A DNA stretch of 64,000 nucleotides from Myxococcales bacterium (GTDB taxonomy: Bacteria; Myxococcota; Myxococcia; Myxococcales; UBA5297). A program made the position numbers and the translations under genes. Shown piece by piece: positions 50,529 to 61,606 of the stretch. Location: NCBI GenBank assembly GCA_049841135.1, contig JASGHK010000008.1, positions 403,272 through 467,271 of the forward strand, in the 5' to 3' direction. How positions within the stretch are numbered: position 1 is the stretch's first letter; each line of letters opens with the position of its first letter. Under the pieces are notes generated by a model. That model did no database searches. It was given only the letters and a program-made list of their open reading frames with translations, and was not told the DNA's origin.

Positions 50529-51367
50529 TCACGGCGCGGCGCCACAGGCGGCGCGGAGCTTCGTGGCGTAGGGGGAGTGCGGGTGGTCCGCCAGGAAGCG
50601 CACGGTCTCGGACCGGGCCTCGGGGACTCGCCCGAGCGCGCACAGGGCCTGGACCCGAGCCGCCACCTGCTCCTCGCGAAGCGCGCCCCTGGGGAAGCTG
50701 CGCACGTGCTCGTCGAGCAGCTCGAGGGCGCCCGCGGCATCCTTGGCCCTCAGCCTCATCTGGGCCTGGCTCACCAGCCGAAGCTCCTCGGCGAGCTGAC
50801 TCTCGGACGACTCCGCCGGCGGCGCTGCGGGACCTGCAGAGGTAGAAGGCGCGGAAGCAGGCCGCGGTGGGTCGCGCAGGTCGAGCGGGGCAAAGACCGC
50901 GCTCTGCGGCTGCTGGACCGCCCGGAAGCGCGGGGCCTGGGCCGCCGGGACCGGGACGAGCGCCGGCTGACGCTCCGCCTGCGGGACGAACTCAGTCGAG
51001 CCCCCGGCGCAGGGATCGGCACCCCGGGACCCGCCGAAGGCGCCTGATAGCCATGCAGCGGAGAGCCACGCAGGACAGGGAGTGGGGCCGGTGCTTGCGC
51101 GGGCGTCTTGAGCACCACGAACACGACGGCGCCAACTGCGGCGAGAACGGTCACGACCAGTGCCTTGATGACCGCCGAGCCCGCCCCTGCCGCCACCGGC
51201 ATCTTGGGCAACGACGGTGCCGGCCGCGCCGGGGCTGGCACCGACAACGGCATTCCCAGGACCTGGGAGAGCGACTGCTGCACTCGGTGACGATCGCCCT
51301 CGGTGGGCACGCCGTCCTTGCGCGCAGCCTCCAGCAAGGCCCTGGCCTCCGGAGATAGCTCACTCAT
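50529..51367 (-). pseudogene. Anti-sigma factor (single TM, TPR-like C-terminus); frameshift near 51003
   Basis: MSELSPEARALLEAARKDG... plus TM KALVVTVLAAVGAVVFVVL in the 50771..51883 frame. The C-terminus is in the 50529..50774 frame. Adding one G to the G5 run restores ...PAPGGSTEFVPQAERQ.... ATG overlaps the sigma factor TGA. Confidence 0.5.
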
Positions 51368-51960
51368 CGTCTTCCCCGCTGGTATCGGACCACCGCCTCG
51401 TTGAACTGCTCGCGGGCTGCGCGCAGCCGCGAATAGACCGTGTTCGGATTGGCGCCGACGATCTCCGAAATCTCCGGCGCCGAGAGCTGCTCCAGGTCCG
51501 CCAGCACGAGCACGTCGCGCTTCTCCTCGTCCATGCCCTCGAGGATCTTCTCGAGGAGGCGCAGCCCCTCCGTCCTCGACGCCGCTTCCTGGGGCCCGGG
51601 CCGGCGGTCCGCCCATCCTTCGTCCAGCGGCTCGCTCTCGCCCTTCCGCTGCCTCGCGCGTCGGTGATCGTGCGCCACGCGCAGCATGATTCCGTAGAGC
51701 CAGGTCTTGATCGCCGAGCGCCGCTGGAAGTCCGGCAAGCGGCGATGGACCACCAGGAACACATCCTGGACGGCGTCGTCGAGAGCCGCCTCCTGCACTC
51801 CCAACCGCCGCAGGCCGGTCCACGCGAAGGCGAAGTAATCCTTGAAGATCTCCTCGAGACGCGGCTTCGGCTCCGCGCCGCACGCGGCCGTCCCTTCCAC
51901 ATCTGCGGGCAGAGCGAGTCCCACATGTGCTGGGTGGCCGCTACCGCGACGATCCGTCAT
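51364..51960 (-). CDS. ECF (sigma-70 family) RNA polymerase sigma factor
   Basis: Region 2 (FKDYFAFAWTGLRRLGVQEAALDDAVQDVFLVVHRRL) and region 4 (DVLVLADLEQLSAPEISEIVGANPNTVYSRLRAAR). Confidence 0.8.
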   Translation of the reverse strand: MTDRRGSGHPAHVGLALPADVEGTAACGAEPKPRLEEIFKDYFAFAWTGLRRLGVQEAALDDAVQDVFLVVHRRLPDFQRRSAIKTWLYGIMLRVAHDHRRARQRKGESEPLDEGWADRRPGPQEAASRTEGLRLLEKILEGMDEEKRDVLVLADLEQLSAPEISEIVGANPNTVYSRLRAAREQFNEAVVRYQRGRR

Positions 51961-52842
51961 CGGAAGCGCACCTCGAGCCCCAGCCGCGCCCGCCCGAACA
52001 CCGGAGCCGGTCCCCGCGAACCGTCGTCCCCGGGATCCAGCCGAGGCCCCACCAGGGTCAGCCCCAGCCCCACCTCCAGCCGCAACGCCAGCCACGACGA
52101 GAAGCTCCAGCCCAGCGCCGCACCCGCGGTCAGCCCCAGCCAACCGTGTACCACCCGCCGGTCCGTGTCGACGAAGCGAATCTGCATCCGCCCGCCCTCG
52201 AGCCCTGCACACAGGCCGATTTCCGGGGCGTCGGTCACCGGTTGGCAGGCGTGCAGACCCGCCCCGACGAGCTGGTACTCGAGCCCGCCCACGGTCTGCG
52301 GGAACCAGTACGCCGCCGAGAAGCTCGACACGCATTCGCCCGACGAACAGGCCTGCCGCCAGCCCCGGTCCCGGGCTCGGAGCGCGCAGCGTCCCCAGGT
52401 CACCCGCCAGGAACGCCCGGAGGAGCCAGCGGGGCGGCTCGGGCTCCGGTTCCTCGGCTCGCAGCGGGGTCTGGGGCGGGGCCACCGGGGGCGCGCTCTC
52501 CAGCGCCAGCGCCAGGGCCAGCGCCGCGACCTGACCGAACCTGGCGCACGAGGCGTCCTGCACTTCGCGGACCCCGGAATCGTCGCCTGCGTCGACCTCG
52601 AGCTTGAGCGTCCAGGCCTCGCCACGGCGGCCGACCGTCCCCCGGGCGAACACCGGCACTCGGCCCGGCGCCGCATCGGGCGCCATCCGCTCCAGCGCCT
52701 GGAGGACGGCGTCGCGTCCGGGGCATCCCTCGGGCGCCGACCACTCGAGCCCGACCACGGCCTCCGCTCCGTTCGCCGCGGCGGGCGGCAGAGCGAGGGC
52801 GGACAGGAGAAGGAGCCAGCACGAGGGCAGCCGGGGACGCAC
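51957..52842 (-). pseudogene. Outer-membrane beta-barrel-like protein; frameshift near 52300
   Basis: GTG start with signal peptide MRPRLPSCWLLLLSALALPPAAA. C-terminal amphipathic strands end in ...LGLEVRFR. There is a 1-nt shift between the 51364..52980 and 51957..52676 frames. Confidence 0.4.
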
Positions 52843-52912
52843 GGACGAGGAGTCTACCGCCCCAGGCCGGCGCGTCGACCGCGCCCTATCGTCCTCGACG
52901 AGGAGCGCCGCC

Positions 52913-53323
52913 ATGGCCACGAACCTGCAGATCAAGAGCTTCCGCTCACCCGACGAGCGCCGGTCGTTCGCAGACGGCAAGGGCTACCTCGACCTCCTCC
53001 GCATCGGAGGACAGGACGTCGGGCTGGCCGTCTTCCAGCCGGGTTGGAGGTGGTCGAGCCACGTCAGGCCCCTCGCCGGGACCGACACCTGCCAGTCGGC
53101 GCACCACGCCTATGTCGTGTCCGGACGCCTGCACGTGGTGATGGACGACGGGCAGGAAGGCGACCTGAGCCCGGGGGACTTCGCGCTCATCGAGCCGGGC
53201 CACGACGCCTGGGTCTTGGGCGACGAGCCCTGCGTCATCTTCGACTTCGCCGGATTCGCGGACTACGCGCGCCCCGCGGCGGGCCAGGCGACGGCCTCGG
53301 CCGAGCCTGCGCCCGTGCACTGA
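52913..53323 (+). CDS. Cupin domain protein
   Basis: 136 aa. HHAYVVSGRLHVVMDDGQEGDLSPGDFALIEPGHDAW is a cupin-2 motif pair. Confidence 0.6.
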   Translation: MATNLQIKSFRSPDERRSFADGKGYLDLLRIGGQDVGLAVFQPGWRWSSHVRPLAGTDTCQSAHHAYVVSGRLHVVMDDGQEGDLSPGDFALIEPGHDAWVLGDEPCVIFDFAGFADYARPAAGQATASAEPAPVH

Positions 53324-53633
53324 CCGCTCAGCCCATCGCCGCCAGGCGCTGGAGCGCGTGCGGCTCGCCGGCCACGAGCAGCGTGTCGGACTGCGTCAGC
53401 TTCCGGCGATACCCCCGACGGCAACTGGTTGGATTCGTTCATCACGTCGGCTCGCCCGCCTTCTGCGCGGGCGAGCGAAGGCCATGGCGCTTCGCGCAAC
53501 CGGTGCGACGGGAGTGACGGGTGGGCAGGCCCTCGGCATTGCAGCCTGCAACGGCGCACGAGCCTCAGCGTGCGCGACGCAATCATCCCCCGCCGGAGAG
53601 ACGCCTAACCCGTGGAATTCACGACGCGAATCG

Positions 53634-53649
53634 TGGCACGCCGGCTGCT
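53634..53649 (+). promoter_or_regulatory. Putative sigma54 (-24/-12) promoter of the kdp operon
   Basis: TGGCACgccggcTGCT has correct GG(-24)/GC(-12) spacing. A CACGAcgcgaaTCGTG inverted repeat lies just upstream. The promoter sits 33 nt before the first KdpF-like ORF. Confidence 0.4.
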
Positions 53650-53682
53650 GAGGTCCTTGGGAAGCAGGCTTTAGGAGGCCAC

Positions 53683-53772
53683 ATGCTCGACGTGGTGGCG
53701 GGCCTCGCAACGCTCGCTTTCTTTGCGGTCGCTTGGCAACTCGCGCGGGCCTGCGAGCGCCTGGGAGCGTGA
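53683..53772 (+). CDS. KdpF-like 29-aa hydrophobic peptide (first copy)
   Basis: MLDVVAGLATLAFFAVAWQLARACERLGA. AGGAGG RBS 8 nt upstream. Confidence 0.4.
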   Translation: MLDVVAGLATLAFFAVAWQLARACERLGA

Positions 53773-53776
53773 ACAG

Positions 53777-53866
53777 ATGTCGTTCGACCATGCAGTGGGC
53801 TTGGCGGTGGCAGCGCTCCTGCTCGCCTACTTGGGGTACGCGCTGGTGCGGCCGGAGAGGTTCTAG
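53777..53866 (+). CDS. kdpF: KdpF potassium-transporting ATPase subunit F (29 aa)
   Basis: [29 protein letters not shown] has the size and pattern (...ALxxxExF) of KdpF. Lies directly before kdpA. Confidence 0.5.
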   Translation: MSFDHAVGLAVAALLLAYLGYALVRPERF

Positions 53867-53874
53867 GCGAGGCC

Positions 53875-55597
53875 ATGTCCTTCCTCGGTTGGGTCCAGAA
53901 TCGTCCTGTTCGCCGCGGTGGTGGCGGCGCTGGCCAAGCCGGTGGGGCTCGCCCTGTTCCGCGTCTTCGAGGACGAGCGGCGCCCGTGGCCGCGCCTGGT
54001 CGTACCGGTGGAGCGCGCCCTCTTCCGTATCGGCGGCATCGACCCGAAGCGCGAGCAGACCTGGCTCGGGTATGCAGGCGCGCTGCTCGCTTTCAGCGCG
54101 TTCGGCGTGCTCGCGACCTACGCGCTCCTCCGCCTTCAGGGCTTGCTGCCGCTCAACCCGCAAGGGTTCTCGCCCCCCAGCGAGCACCTCGCCTTCGACA
54201 CCGCCGCCAGCTTCGTCTCGAACACCAATTGGCAGTCGTACGGCGGCGAGTCCACGCTCAGTTACTTGGCGCAGATGTCGGCGCTGACCTGGCAGAACTT
54301 CGTGTCCGCCGCCAGCGGCATCGGCGTGGCGTTGGCGGTCAGCCGCGGCCTCACCCGGAAACCCTCAGCGGACGGGTCTCCGACCTTGGGCAACTTCTGG
54401 GTCGACCTCGTCAGGGGAACCTTCCTCCTGCTGCTGCCCGCCAGCGCGCTCGTCGCCTTGGTGCTCGTGTCGCAGGGCGTGCTGCAGAACTTGTCGCCCT
54501 ACCTGGAGACCACCACGCTCGAGGGGGGCAAGCAGGTGGTGGCGATGGGCCCGGTCGCGTCCCAGGAGGCGATCAAGATCCTCGGCACCAACGGCGGCGG
54601 GTTCTTCAATGCCAACAGTGCCCACCCCTTCGAGAACCCCACGCCGCTGACGAACTTCCTGCAGCTGGTCCTCATCTTCACCCTCCCCGCTGGCCTCACC
54701 TACACCTTCGGGCGGATGGCACGCGACCAGCGGCAAGGCTGGGTGCTGTTCGCGGCGATGACGGTGCTCTTCGCAGCCGGGGTGACGGTCGCCTACGCCG
54801 CCGAGTCGCAGCCCAACCCGGCCCTGGCACCACTCGCAGCCGACCAGACCGCCGGCAACCTGGAAGGCAAGGAGACGCGCTTCGGCATCGCCACGTCCGC
54901 GCTCTTCGCGACCGTCACCACCGACGCCTCGTGCGGCGCGGTGAACGCCATGCACGACAGCTTCACGCCGCTGGGCGGACTGGTGCCGCTTGTCGACGTG
55001 ATGCTGGGCGAGGTCGTCTTCGGCGGCGTCGGTGCCGGGCTCTACGGCATCCTCGTCTTCGTCCTGCTCTCGGTCTTCATCGCCGGGCTGATGGTCGGCC
55101 GCACGCCGGAGTACCTGGGCAAGAAGATCGAAGTCCGGGAGATGACCCTCGCTGCGCTCTACGTCCTCGTCTTTCCGGCGCTCGTGCTCGTCCCCTCCGC
55201 TTGGGCGTCCGTCTCGGACTGGGGCACGCAGTCGCTGGCCAATGCCGGCCCCCACGGGCTCACGGAGATCCTCTACGCCTTCACCAGCGGCGCGGGGAAC
55301 AACGGCTCCGCCTTCGCCGGGCTCAACGCCAACACCCCCGGCTGGAACGTAGCCCTGGGCTTCACCATGCTCGCGGGCCGGTTCTTCATGATGGTCCCGG
55401 CGCTGGCCATCGCCGGCTCGATGCGCGCCAAGCGAGAGTCGCCCGCCGGCCCGGGGACCTTCCCCACGTACGGCCCGCTCTTCGCGGCGCTGCTCGTGGG
55501 CGTCATCGTCATCGTCGGAGCGCTCACCTTCTTCCCGGCGCTCGCGTTGGGACCCATCGCCGAGCACTTCGCGGCGCGCGCCGGGAGGACGTTCTGA
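53875..55597 (+). pseudogene. kdpA: Potassium-transporting ATPase subunit A; frameshift near 53900
   Basis: ATG at 53875 (MSFLGWVQ...) is one frame off from the KdpA body ([20 protein letters not shown]...[27 protein letters not shown]...). A likely lost A in the aga(a)tc run causes this. The rest is intact to the TGA at 55595-55597. Confidence 0.8.
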
Positions 55598-57633
55598 TGA
55601 GCGCCCCCGCATCCCTCGTCGATCGCGCGCTGCTCACGCAGGCGCTGCGCGACAGCCTCCGCAAGCTCTCGCCCCGTGAGGTCGCGCGCAACCCGGTCCT
55701 GTTCGTGGTGGAGGTGGGCAGCGCGCTGGTCACGCTGGTGGCCGTTCGCGACCTCTTCGCCCCTGCCCGCAGCGAGCCGCTCTGGTTCACCGCGGCCATC
55801 GCGCTCTGGCTCTGGTTCACGGTGCTGTTCGCCAACTTCGCCGAGGCCGTCGCCGAAGGCCGCGGAAAGGCCCAGGCCGCCTCGCTCCGACGGATGCGCA
55901 AGGAGACCCAGGCGCGCCGCCTGGTCGACGGCCGCGTGGAGGTCGTCTCCGGCTCGCGGCTGGCCAAGGGCGACACCGTCGTCGTCGAGGCGGGCGAGCT
56001 CATCCCAGGCGACGGCGAGGTGATCGAAGGAGTCGCTTCGGTGGACGAGTCCGCCATCACCGGCGAGTCCGCGCCCGTCATCCGCGAGAGCGGCGGCGAC
56101 CGCTCGGCCGTCACCGGAGGCACCAAGGTCCTGTCCGACCGCATCGTGGTGCGCATCGCCTCCAATCCGGGCGAGACGTTCCTCGACCGGATGATCGCCC
56201 TGGTCGAGGGGGCTCGGAGGCAGAAGACGCCCAATGAGCTCGCCCTGCACATCCTCCTCGTCGCCCTGACGATCGTCTTCCTGCTCACCTGCGTGACGCT
56301 GGTGCCGCTGGGGCTCTACTCCGGCCTCCGGCTCTCGACGACCGTGGTCGTCGCCCTCCTCGTCTGCCTCATCCCCACGACCATCGGCGGCCTGCTCTCC
56401 GCCATCGGCATCGCCGGCATGGACCGGCTCATCCGCAAGAACGTCATCGCCACCAGCGGCCGGGCGATCGAGGCGGCGGGCGACGTGGACACGCTGCTGC
56501 TCGACAAGACCGGGACCATCACCCTGGGCAACCGCATGGCGACCGAGTTCGTCCCCGCGAGCGGCGTGCTCCCCCAGGAGTTGGCCGACGCGGCGCAGCT
56601 GGCGAGCCTGGCCGACGAGACCCCGGAAGGCCGCTCCATCGTGGTGCTCGCCAAGGAGCAGCACCACCTCCGCGGACGCGACCTCGCCGCGCTCGGCGCC
56701 CACTTCATCCCCTTCTCGGCGCAGACCCGCATGAGCGGCTGCGACCTGGATGGCCGGCACATCCGCAAGGGCGCGGTGGACGCGGTCGGCGCCTGGGTCG
56801 CTTCCCAGGGCGGCTCCTTCCCCACCGACCTCCAGGCCCGGGCGCACGGCATCGCCGACGAGGGCGGGACGCCGCTGGCCGTCGCCGACGGCCCGCGCAT
56901 GCTCGGGGTGGTGCGGCTCAAGGACGTGGTCAAGGGCGGCATCCGCGAGCGCTTCGCGCGCTTCCGGGCCATGGGCATCCGCACGGTCATGATCACCGGG
57001 GACAACCCGCGCACCGCGGCCGCCATCGCCCGCGAGGCGGGAGTGGACGACTTCCTGGCGGAAGCGACGCCCGAGGCCAAGATGCGCCTCATCAAGGCCG
57101 AGCAGGCCAAGGGCAAGCTCGTGGCGATGACGGGGGACGGGACCAACGACGCCCCGGCGCTGGCCCAGGCCGATGTCGGGGTCGCCATGAATTCCGGAAC
57201 CCAGGCCGCCAAGGAAGCCGGGAACATGGTCGACCTCGACTCGAACCCCACCAAGCTCCTGGAGGTGGTCGAGGTGGGCAAGCAGCTGTTGATGACCCGC
57301 GGCGCGCTGACCACCTTCTCCATCGCCAACGACGTCGCCAAGTACTTCGCCATCCTCCCCGCGGCGTTCGTGGCGGCGTTCCCGGAGATGGCGCCGCTCG
57401 ACCTGATGGGCCTTCGCTCGCCGCACAGCGCCATCCTCGCGGCGGTCATCTTCAACGCGCTCGTCATCGTGGCGCTCATCCCGCTGGCGCTGCGCGGCGT
57501 GCGCTACCGCCCTCTGGGCGCGGCAGCCATCTTCCGGCGCTCGATGCTCCTGTACGGGGCCGGTGGAGTCGTCGCGCCCTTCGTGGGGATCAAGGCCCTG
57601 GACCTCGTGCTCGGGGCCTTGGGGGTGGGATAG
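55597..57633 (+). CDS. kdpB: Potassium-transporting ATPase subunit B (P-type ATPase)
   Basis: DKTGTIT phosphorylation motif, [25 protein letters not shown] overlaps the kdpA TGA. Confidence 0.9.
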   Translation: MSAPASLVDRALLTQALRDSLRKLSPREVARNPVLFVVEVGSALVTLVAVRDLFAPARSEPLWFTAAIALWLWFTVLFANFAEAVAEGRGKAQAASLRRMRKETQARRLVDGRVEVVSGSRLAKGDTVVVEAGELIPGDGEVIEGVASVDESAITGESAPVIRESGGDRSAVTGGTKVLSDRIVVRIASNPGETFLDRMIALVEGARRQKTPNELALHILLVALTIVFLLTCVTLVPLGLYSGLRLSTTVVVALLVCLIPTTIGGLLSAIGIAGMDRLIRKNVIATSGRAIEAAGDVDTLLLDKTGTITLGNRMATEFVPASGVLPQELADAAQLASLADETPEGRSIVVLAKEQHHLRGRDLAALGAHFIPFSAQTRMSGCDLDGRHIRKGAVDAVGAWVASQGGSFPTDLQARAHGIADEGGTPLAVADGPRMLGVVRLKDVVKGGIRERFARFRAMGIRTVMITGDNPRTAAAIAREAGVDDFLAEATPEAKMRLIKAEQAKGKLVAMTGDGTNDAPALAQADVGVAMNSGTQAAKEAGNMVDLDSNPTKLLEVVEVGKQLLMTRGALTTFSIANDVAKYFAILPAAFVAAFPEMAPLDLMGLRSPHSAILAAVIFNALVIVALIPLALRGVRYRPLGAAAIFRRSMLLYGAGGVVAPFVGIKALDLVLGALGVG

Positions 57634-57636
57634 GCC

Positions 57637-58221
57637 ATGAAGACGCTCGTCCTCGCGCTGCGCGTCGGGCTGCTCACCTTGCTGGCGACCGGCCTCGCCT
57701 ATCCGCTGGCCATGACCGCCGTGGCCCAGTTGCTGTTCCCGGAGGCCGCCAACGGTTCGCTGGCCCGCGACGACGCCGGTGCCGTCGTCGGCTCCAAGCT
57801 CGTCGCGCAGCCGTTCACGAACCCCTGGTACTTCCAGCCACGGCCCTCGGCTGCCGGGGTGAAGGGCTGGGACGCCACCGCCTCGGGCGGCAGCAACCTC
57901 GGGCCCACCTCCCGAGAGCTGCTGCAGGTGGCGACGCAGCGCCTGGCCCGCCTCGAGCGCGACAACCCGGACGCACCGCGCCCCGTGCCCGCCGAGCTCG
58001 TCACCGCGTCGGCGAGCGGCCTGGACCCCCACCTCTCCCCGCGGGCGGCGCTGTGGCAGGTCGCACGGGTCGCCCGGGCGCGAGGCCTCGCCTCCGACCG
58101 GGTCCGAACCCTCGTGGAGGACCTGGTCGAGCCGCGCGATTGGGGCGCCTTCGGCGAGCCGCGCGTCAACGTCCTGCTGCTCAACCTCGCCCTGGACCAC
58201 CAGTTCGGCGCGCCGCCCTAG
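57637..58221 (+). CDS. kdpC: Potassium-transporting ATPase subunit C
   Basis: Single N-terminal TM segment, then SGGSNLGPTS...SASGLDPHLSP, which is KdpC-like. Confidence 0.85.
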   Translation: MKTLVLALRVGLLTLLATGLAYPLAMTAVAQLLFPEAANGSLARDDAGAVVGSKLVAQPFTNPWYFQPRPSAAGVKGWDATASGGSNLGPTSRELLQVATQRLARLERDNPDAPRPVPAELVTASASGLDPHLSPRAALWQVARVARARGLASDRVRTLVEDLVEPRDWGAFGEPRVNVLLLNLALDHQFGAPP

Positions 58222-58230
58222 GAGCCCCCC

Positions 58231-58554
58231 GTGGAGCCGCCCACCCTCCTGCGCATCGACCCGGAGAAGGACCCTCGAGCCCTGCGGGACTACCTCGACG
58301 CCCATTTCGCCCAAGAGAGGGCCGGCCTGCTGCGCGAGCTGCTCGTCCACCTGCTCGCCGTGCTCAGCGTGTTGGTCTGGGCCTGCGCGGTCTGGCCCCA
58401 CTGCCTGGGCCGGGTCGGCAGCGACGCAATCCTCGCGGCGTGGGCCATCTTCGCCGCGGCGACCGTCGCGGCGGTCGCCGCAGAGGCCCGGTGCCGCCAG
58501 CGGTGCCACGGCCTGCGCGACCGGGATGGCGTGGAGCCTCCCTCTCCATCCTGA
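58231..58554 (+). CDS. Hypothetical two-TM membrane protein between kdpC and kdpD
   Basis: 107-aa ORF with two hydrophobic helices (LLVHLLAVLSVLVWACAVW, AILAAWAIFAAATVAAVAA). GTG start. Confidence 0.3.
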   Translation: MEPPTLLRIDPEKDPRALRDYLDAHFAQERAGLLRELLVHLLAVLSVLVWACAVWPHCLGRVGSDAILAAWAIFAAATVAAVAAEARCRQRCHGLRDRDGVEPPSPS

Positions 58555-58597
58555 TGCCGGGAGAAGGGGCCTTTGCGCGATGTATGCTCGCCGCCCC

Positions 58598-59759
58598 ATG
58601 GCCGACGACCGCACCAGAGCGGGCGACTTCCTCGAGGCTCGTCCAGCGGGCCAAGCGCGGGAAGCTGCGCCTCTACCTCGGCTTCGCGGCGGGCGTCGGA
58701 AAGACCTACCGGATGCTCGAGGAGGCGCACGCGCTCGTGGACCGCGGCACCGACGTGGTCCTGGCGCTGGTCGAGCCCCACGGCCGCGAGGACACGGCGC
58801 GGCTCGTGGCCGGCCTCGAGGTCGTCCCGCGCCGCGTGGTGGAGTACCGGGGCGTGCGGGTCGAGGAGATGGACCTCGAGGCCGTGCTCGCCCGCCGCCC
58901 ACAGATCGCCGTCGTCGACGAGATCGCCCACACCAACGTGCCGGGCAGCAAGAACCGCAAGCGCTGGCAGGACGTGCTCGACCTCCTGCAGGCCGGCATC
59001 AACGTCATCGGGGCGCTCAACATCCAGCACCTGGAGAGCCTCAACGACCTGGTGCAGCGCGTCACCGGCGTCGCCGTCCGCGAGACCGTGCCCGACAGCT
59101 TCCTCCAGCAGGCCGACCAGATCGTCAACATCGACCTCGCCGTCGAGGACCTGCTCGAGCGGCTGCAGGGAGGCAAGATCTACGCGCCCGAGAAGGTGGC
59201 CTGGGCGCGCGAGCACTTCTTCCGGGAGCCCAACCTCGCCACCCTACGCGAGCTGTCCCTGCGCGAAGTGGCCGAGAGCCTCGAGCGCACCGCGCGCGCC
59301 TCCCCATCCGGCCGCCCCACGAACGGCGAAGGCAGCCGCGCGCGCGGCCGGGTGATGGTGTGCCTGTCCTCGCACCCGCCCCACGCGGCGACGCTCTTGC
59401 GCCGCGGGTCGCGGCTCGCCGGGCGGCTCAACACCGACTGGTTCGTGGTGTACGTCGAGACCCCCGGCGAGGCCCCCCACCTCATCGACGCCGAGGCGCA
59501 GCGGCACCTCTTGGCCAACATCGAGAAGGCGCGCGAGCTCGGCGCGGAGTTCGTGCGCCTGACGGCGGCCGACCCGGTGGAGGCCATCCTCGACTTCGCC
59601 CGCTCCCACGGCGTGGGCAACATCCTCATCGGCCGCTCGCAGCAGCCCTGGTGGAAGCAGGTGCTGGGGCGCTCGGTACCGTTGAGGCTGGTGCGCGAGG
59701 CGTCCGGCTTCGACCTGCAGATCGTCTCCTTCCCGGACGAGGAGGAGGGGCGGCCGTGA
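58598..59759 (+). pseudogene. kdpD: KdpD N-terminal sensor domain plus USP domain protein, with no kinase domain; frameshift near 58642
   Basis: KRGKLRLYLGFAAGVGKTYRMLEEAHAL...ALVEPHGREDTA is the KdpD N-terminal domain. A C-terminal USP-like domain ends with TGA at 59757-59759. The ATG frame at 58598 (MADDRTRAGDFLEAR) is off by 1 nt from the body. Confidence 0.6.
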
Positions 59760-61591
59760 GCTTCCGCACCCGGCTCCTGCTGGCCCTGGCCCCGCTCGGC
59801 CTGTCGCTCTTGGCCGTCGCCTGGCTGTCCAGCAGCGTCGTGGCCCGCCTGGGCGAGAGCTCCTCGCACATCCTGGCCGACAACTACCGCAGCGTGCTGG
59901 CGGCGCAGCGGATGAAGGAGGCGCTCGAGCGCATCGACAGCGGCGCGCTCTTCACCGCGCTCGGGCAGGCGGGGCGCGGCGCGGCGCTCGTCGCCGAGCA
60001 CCGGCGGGCCTTCGAGGACGCGCTGCGCGTCGAGGAGGGCAACATCACCGAGGCCGGCGAGGCCGAGGTCGCCCGGACCCTGCGCGCGCAGTGGACGGCC
60101 TACCTCGGCGCCCTGGACGCGTTCCTGGCGCTGCCCACCGACAAGCGCGGAGCCGGCTACTTCGAGCTGCTCGACGCGCGCTTCGCCGCGGTCCGCGCCG
60201 GCGCCGACCAGATCCTGGCCCTCAACCAGGACGCCATGTCGCGCAAGAGCGACCGCGCCCGGCGGGAGGCGGAAAGCTTCGTGCGCGCCGTCGCCCTCGC
60301 CGCCCTCGCGCTGTGTGCCTTCGGAGTGTGGGCCTCGACGGCGCTCACCCGGCGCTTCCTGCGGCCGCTCTCCGTCGTCAGCCAGGCCGTTCGCCGCTTC
60401 GGCGAAGGCGACGTGCAGGCGCGGGCGCGGCTGTCCGGCAAGGACGAGCTCGCCAAGCTGGCCTCGGACTTCAACGACATGGCCGACCACCTGGAGCGCT
60501 ACCGGCGCAGCTCCCTGGGCGAGCTGCTGCTGGCCCAGCAGGCCTCACAGGCGGCCATCGACGCGCTGCCCGACGCGGTGGTCATCCTCGGGCTGCACGG
60601 CGAGCTGCTCAACGTCAACGCCGCCGCCGTCTCGCTCTTGCGCATCGCGCCCGAGGCGCCCGAGCCCCTCGCCGGCCTCGCTCCCGCCCTGCGCGCCACC
60701 TTCGAGCGCCTGCGCGCCCACGTCTTCGCAGGCAAGGGCGCCTACGCCCCCAAGGGCTTCGAGGAGTCGTTCCGGGCCCAGACGCCGGAGGGCGAGCGCA
60801 CCCTCTCCCCGCGTGCGGCGCCGGTCTACGGCGAGGAGCGCCAGGTCGCGGGCTGCGCGCTGGTGCTCTCGGACGTCACCCGCCTGTTGCGCGCCGACGA
60901 GCTCAAGAACGACCTGGTGGCCTTCGTCGCGCACGAGTTCCGCACGCCGCTCACCTCGCTGCAGATGGCGGTGCACCTGTGTGCCGAGGAGCTCGCCGGC
61001 CCCGTCACCGAGAAGCAGGCCGATCTCCTGTTCGCGGCGCGGGAGGACTGCGAGCGGCTGCAGTCCATCGTCGAAGACCTGCTCGACGTCTCGCGCATCC
61101 ACGAAGGTCAGCTGTCGCTCGCGCTCTCGGAGCTCGACGGCGAGGAGCTGGTGCGCCAGGTGGTCCTTGCGCACGTTGCGGCCGCCGCCGACCGCGGCAT
61201 CCAGCTCGTCTGCGAGGCCCTGCCCGGCTTGCCTCCGGTCATGGCCGACGCCGCCCGGGTGCGCCTGGTCTTCGACAACCTGGTCGGCAACGCGCTGCGC
61301 TACACGCCCGCTGGTGGCCGGGTGAGCGTGCGCTCGCGAGCCGAGGGCGACCAGATGCGCTTCGAGGTCTCGGACACCGGGCCCGGCATCCCCAAGGAGC
61401 TGCAGGCGCTGGTCTTCGAGAAGTTCTACCGGCTCCCCGGGACACAGCCGCAGGGCGCTGGGCTGGGGCTGTTCATCGCCCGGGAGATCGTCCGGGCGCA
61501 CCACGGAGCCATCGGCGTCGAGAGCGAGCCCGGGCGAGGATCGACCCTCTGGTTCACCCTGCCGCTCGCAGGCAGGACTGGAACGACCTGA
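59756..61591 (+). CDS. Sensor histidine kinase (2 TM, HAMP, HisKA, HATPase), probable separate kinase half of KdpD
   Basis: GTG overlaps the upstream TGA (GTGA). AHEFRTPLTSLQMAV (H-box) and GAGLGLFIAREIVRAHHGAI (G2). Confidence 0.7.
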   Translation: MSFRTRLLLALAPLGLSLLAVAWLSSSVVARLGESSSHILADNYRSVLAAQRMKEALERIDSGALFTALGQAGRGAALVAEHRRAFEDALRVEEGNITEAGEAEVARTLRAQWTAYLGALDAFLALPTDKRGAGYFELLDARFAAVRAGADQILALNQDAMSRKSDRARREAESFVRAVALAALALCAFGVWASTALTRRFLRPLSVVSQAVRRFGEGDVQARARLSGKDELAKLASDFNDMADHLERYRRSSLGELLLAQQASQAAIDALPDAVVILGLHGELLNVNAAAVSLLRIAPEAPEPLAGLAPALRATFERLRAHVFAGKGAYAPKGFEESFRAQTPEGERTLSPRAAPVYGEERQVAGCALVLSDVTRLLRADELKNDLVAFVAHEFRTPLTSLQMAVHLCAEELAGPVTEKQADLLFAAREDCERLQSIVEDLLDVSRIHEGQLSLALSELDGEELVRQVVLAHVAAAADRGIQLVCEALPGLPPVMADAARVRLVFDNLVGNALRYTPAGGRVSVRSRAEGDQMRFEVSDTGPGIPKELQALVFEKFYRLPGTQPQGAGLGLFIAREIVRAHHGAIGVESEPGRGSTLWFTLPLAGRTGTT

Positions 61592-61606
61592 GGCCCGGCC
61601 CCGCGT

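Noticed and set aside
53396-54187. 263-aa minus-strand ORF covering the kdp upstream region and kdpF
   Set aside because: It overlaps the promoter region and the small kdpF ORFs. The protein is low complexity. The region is better explained as regulatory DNA plus kdpF/kdpA.
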